From IMG/VR virus record IMGVR_UViG_3300037993_000206: a stretch of DNA of 24,750 bases. One strand, 5' to 3'. This DNA is from an uncultured virus (IMG/VR IMGVR_UViG_3300037993_000206). Taxonomy: Duplodnaviria; Heunggongvirae; Uroviricota; Caudoviricetes. The position numbers were made by a program, and so were the translations under genes. Shown in pieces: positions 24,619-24,750 of this stretch. A model generated the notes under the pieces. The model saw nothing but the letters and a program-made list of their open reading frames with translations. It was not told where the DNA came from and made no database searches. The first letter of the stretch is position 1; the number at the start of each line of letters is the position of its first letter.

Positions 24619-24750
24619 GTAATTAAACGTAATGTGTAATGATTGTAATGACATTTCAGAATAATAAAATAGTTAGATATAGACGAAGAATCATTACAGT
24701 AATGAAAGTAATGACATTTAGACGTTATCTAACAATCCTTACAGTAATGA
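24619..24750. repeat. Cluster of GTAAT(G) repeats, putative operator array
   Basis: GTAAT at 24619, 24629, 24636, 24645, 24699, 24708, 24744; palindrome TCATTAC-A-GTAATGA at 24691-24705. Confidence 0.7.

Larger units (their letters stand above)
1..24750. mobile_element. Phage/prophage early, replication and accessory region (whole window)
   Basis: Dense small ORFs with overlapping stop/start codons; lambda-O-like initiator, DnaC-like loader, Gp157, YopX, VRR-NUC, primase-helicase; no cellular housekeeping operon. Free phage and prophage cannot be told apart from this window. Confidence 0.9.

Noticed and set aside
1..24750. Genome-wide TAG or TGA reassignment
   Set aside because: Many genes end at TAG at their expected C-termini with the next gene starting immediately (2734, 18124, 23211), and TGA forms ATGA overlaps. 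Long genes are uninterrupted under the standard code.

Overview
AT-rich, gene-dense phage or prophage early/replication region with no structural genes, integrase, rRNA, tRNA or CRISPR array. Two arms converge on a hairpin at 8453-8476. The + arm (1-8446) carries small Zn-finger, HNH and HTH genes, a ~450-nt hairpin-rich non-coding stretch, and a membrane-protein/lipoprotein cluster ending in a TelA-like gene. The - arm (8485-24578) carries RHH/HTH regulators, YopX, a beta-clamp-like protein, a PAPS-reductase-like gene, Gp157, DUF1643, a lambda-O-type initiator with an internal 15-bp iteron array, a DnaC-like loader, a TOPRIM primase-helicase, an ASCH-like protein, an SF2-helicase/DNA-methyltransferase fusion and a VRR-NUC nuclease. 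Main result: an intact endonuclease VII-family gene with its own Shine-Dalgarno (10835-11374) lies wholly inside the helicase-methyltransferase gene, on the same strand in a shifted frame. The host frame stays open across it. There is no intein or intron signature, and the endonuclease's synonymous codons avoid creating stops in the host frame. This fits a splicing-free, overprinted mobile endonuclease. Several genes missed by the ORF track were read by hand; three have in-frame stops one base from TGG and one has a frameshift. All family calls come from recognising motifs by eye, not from database searches.
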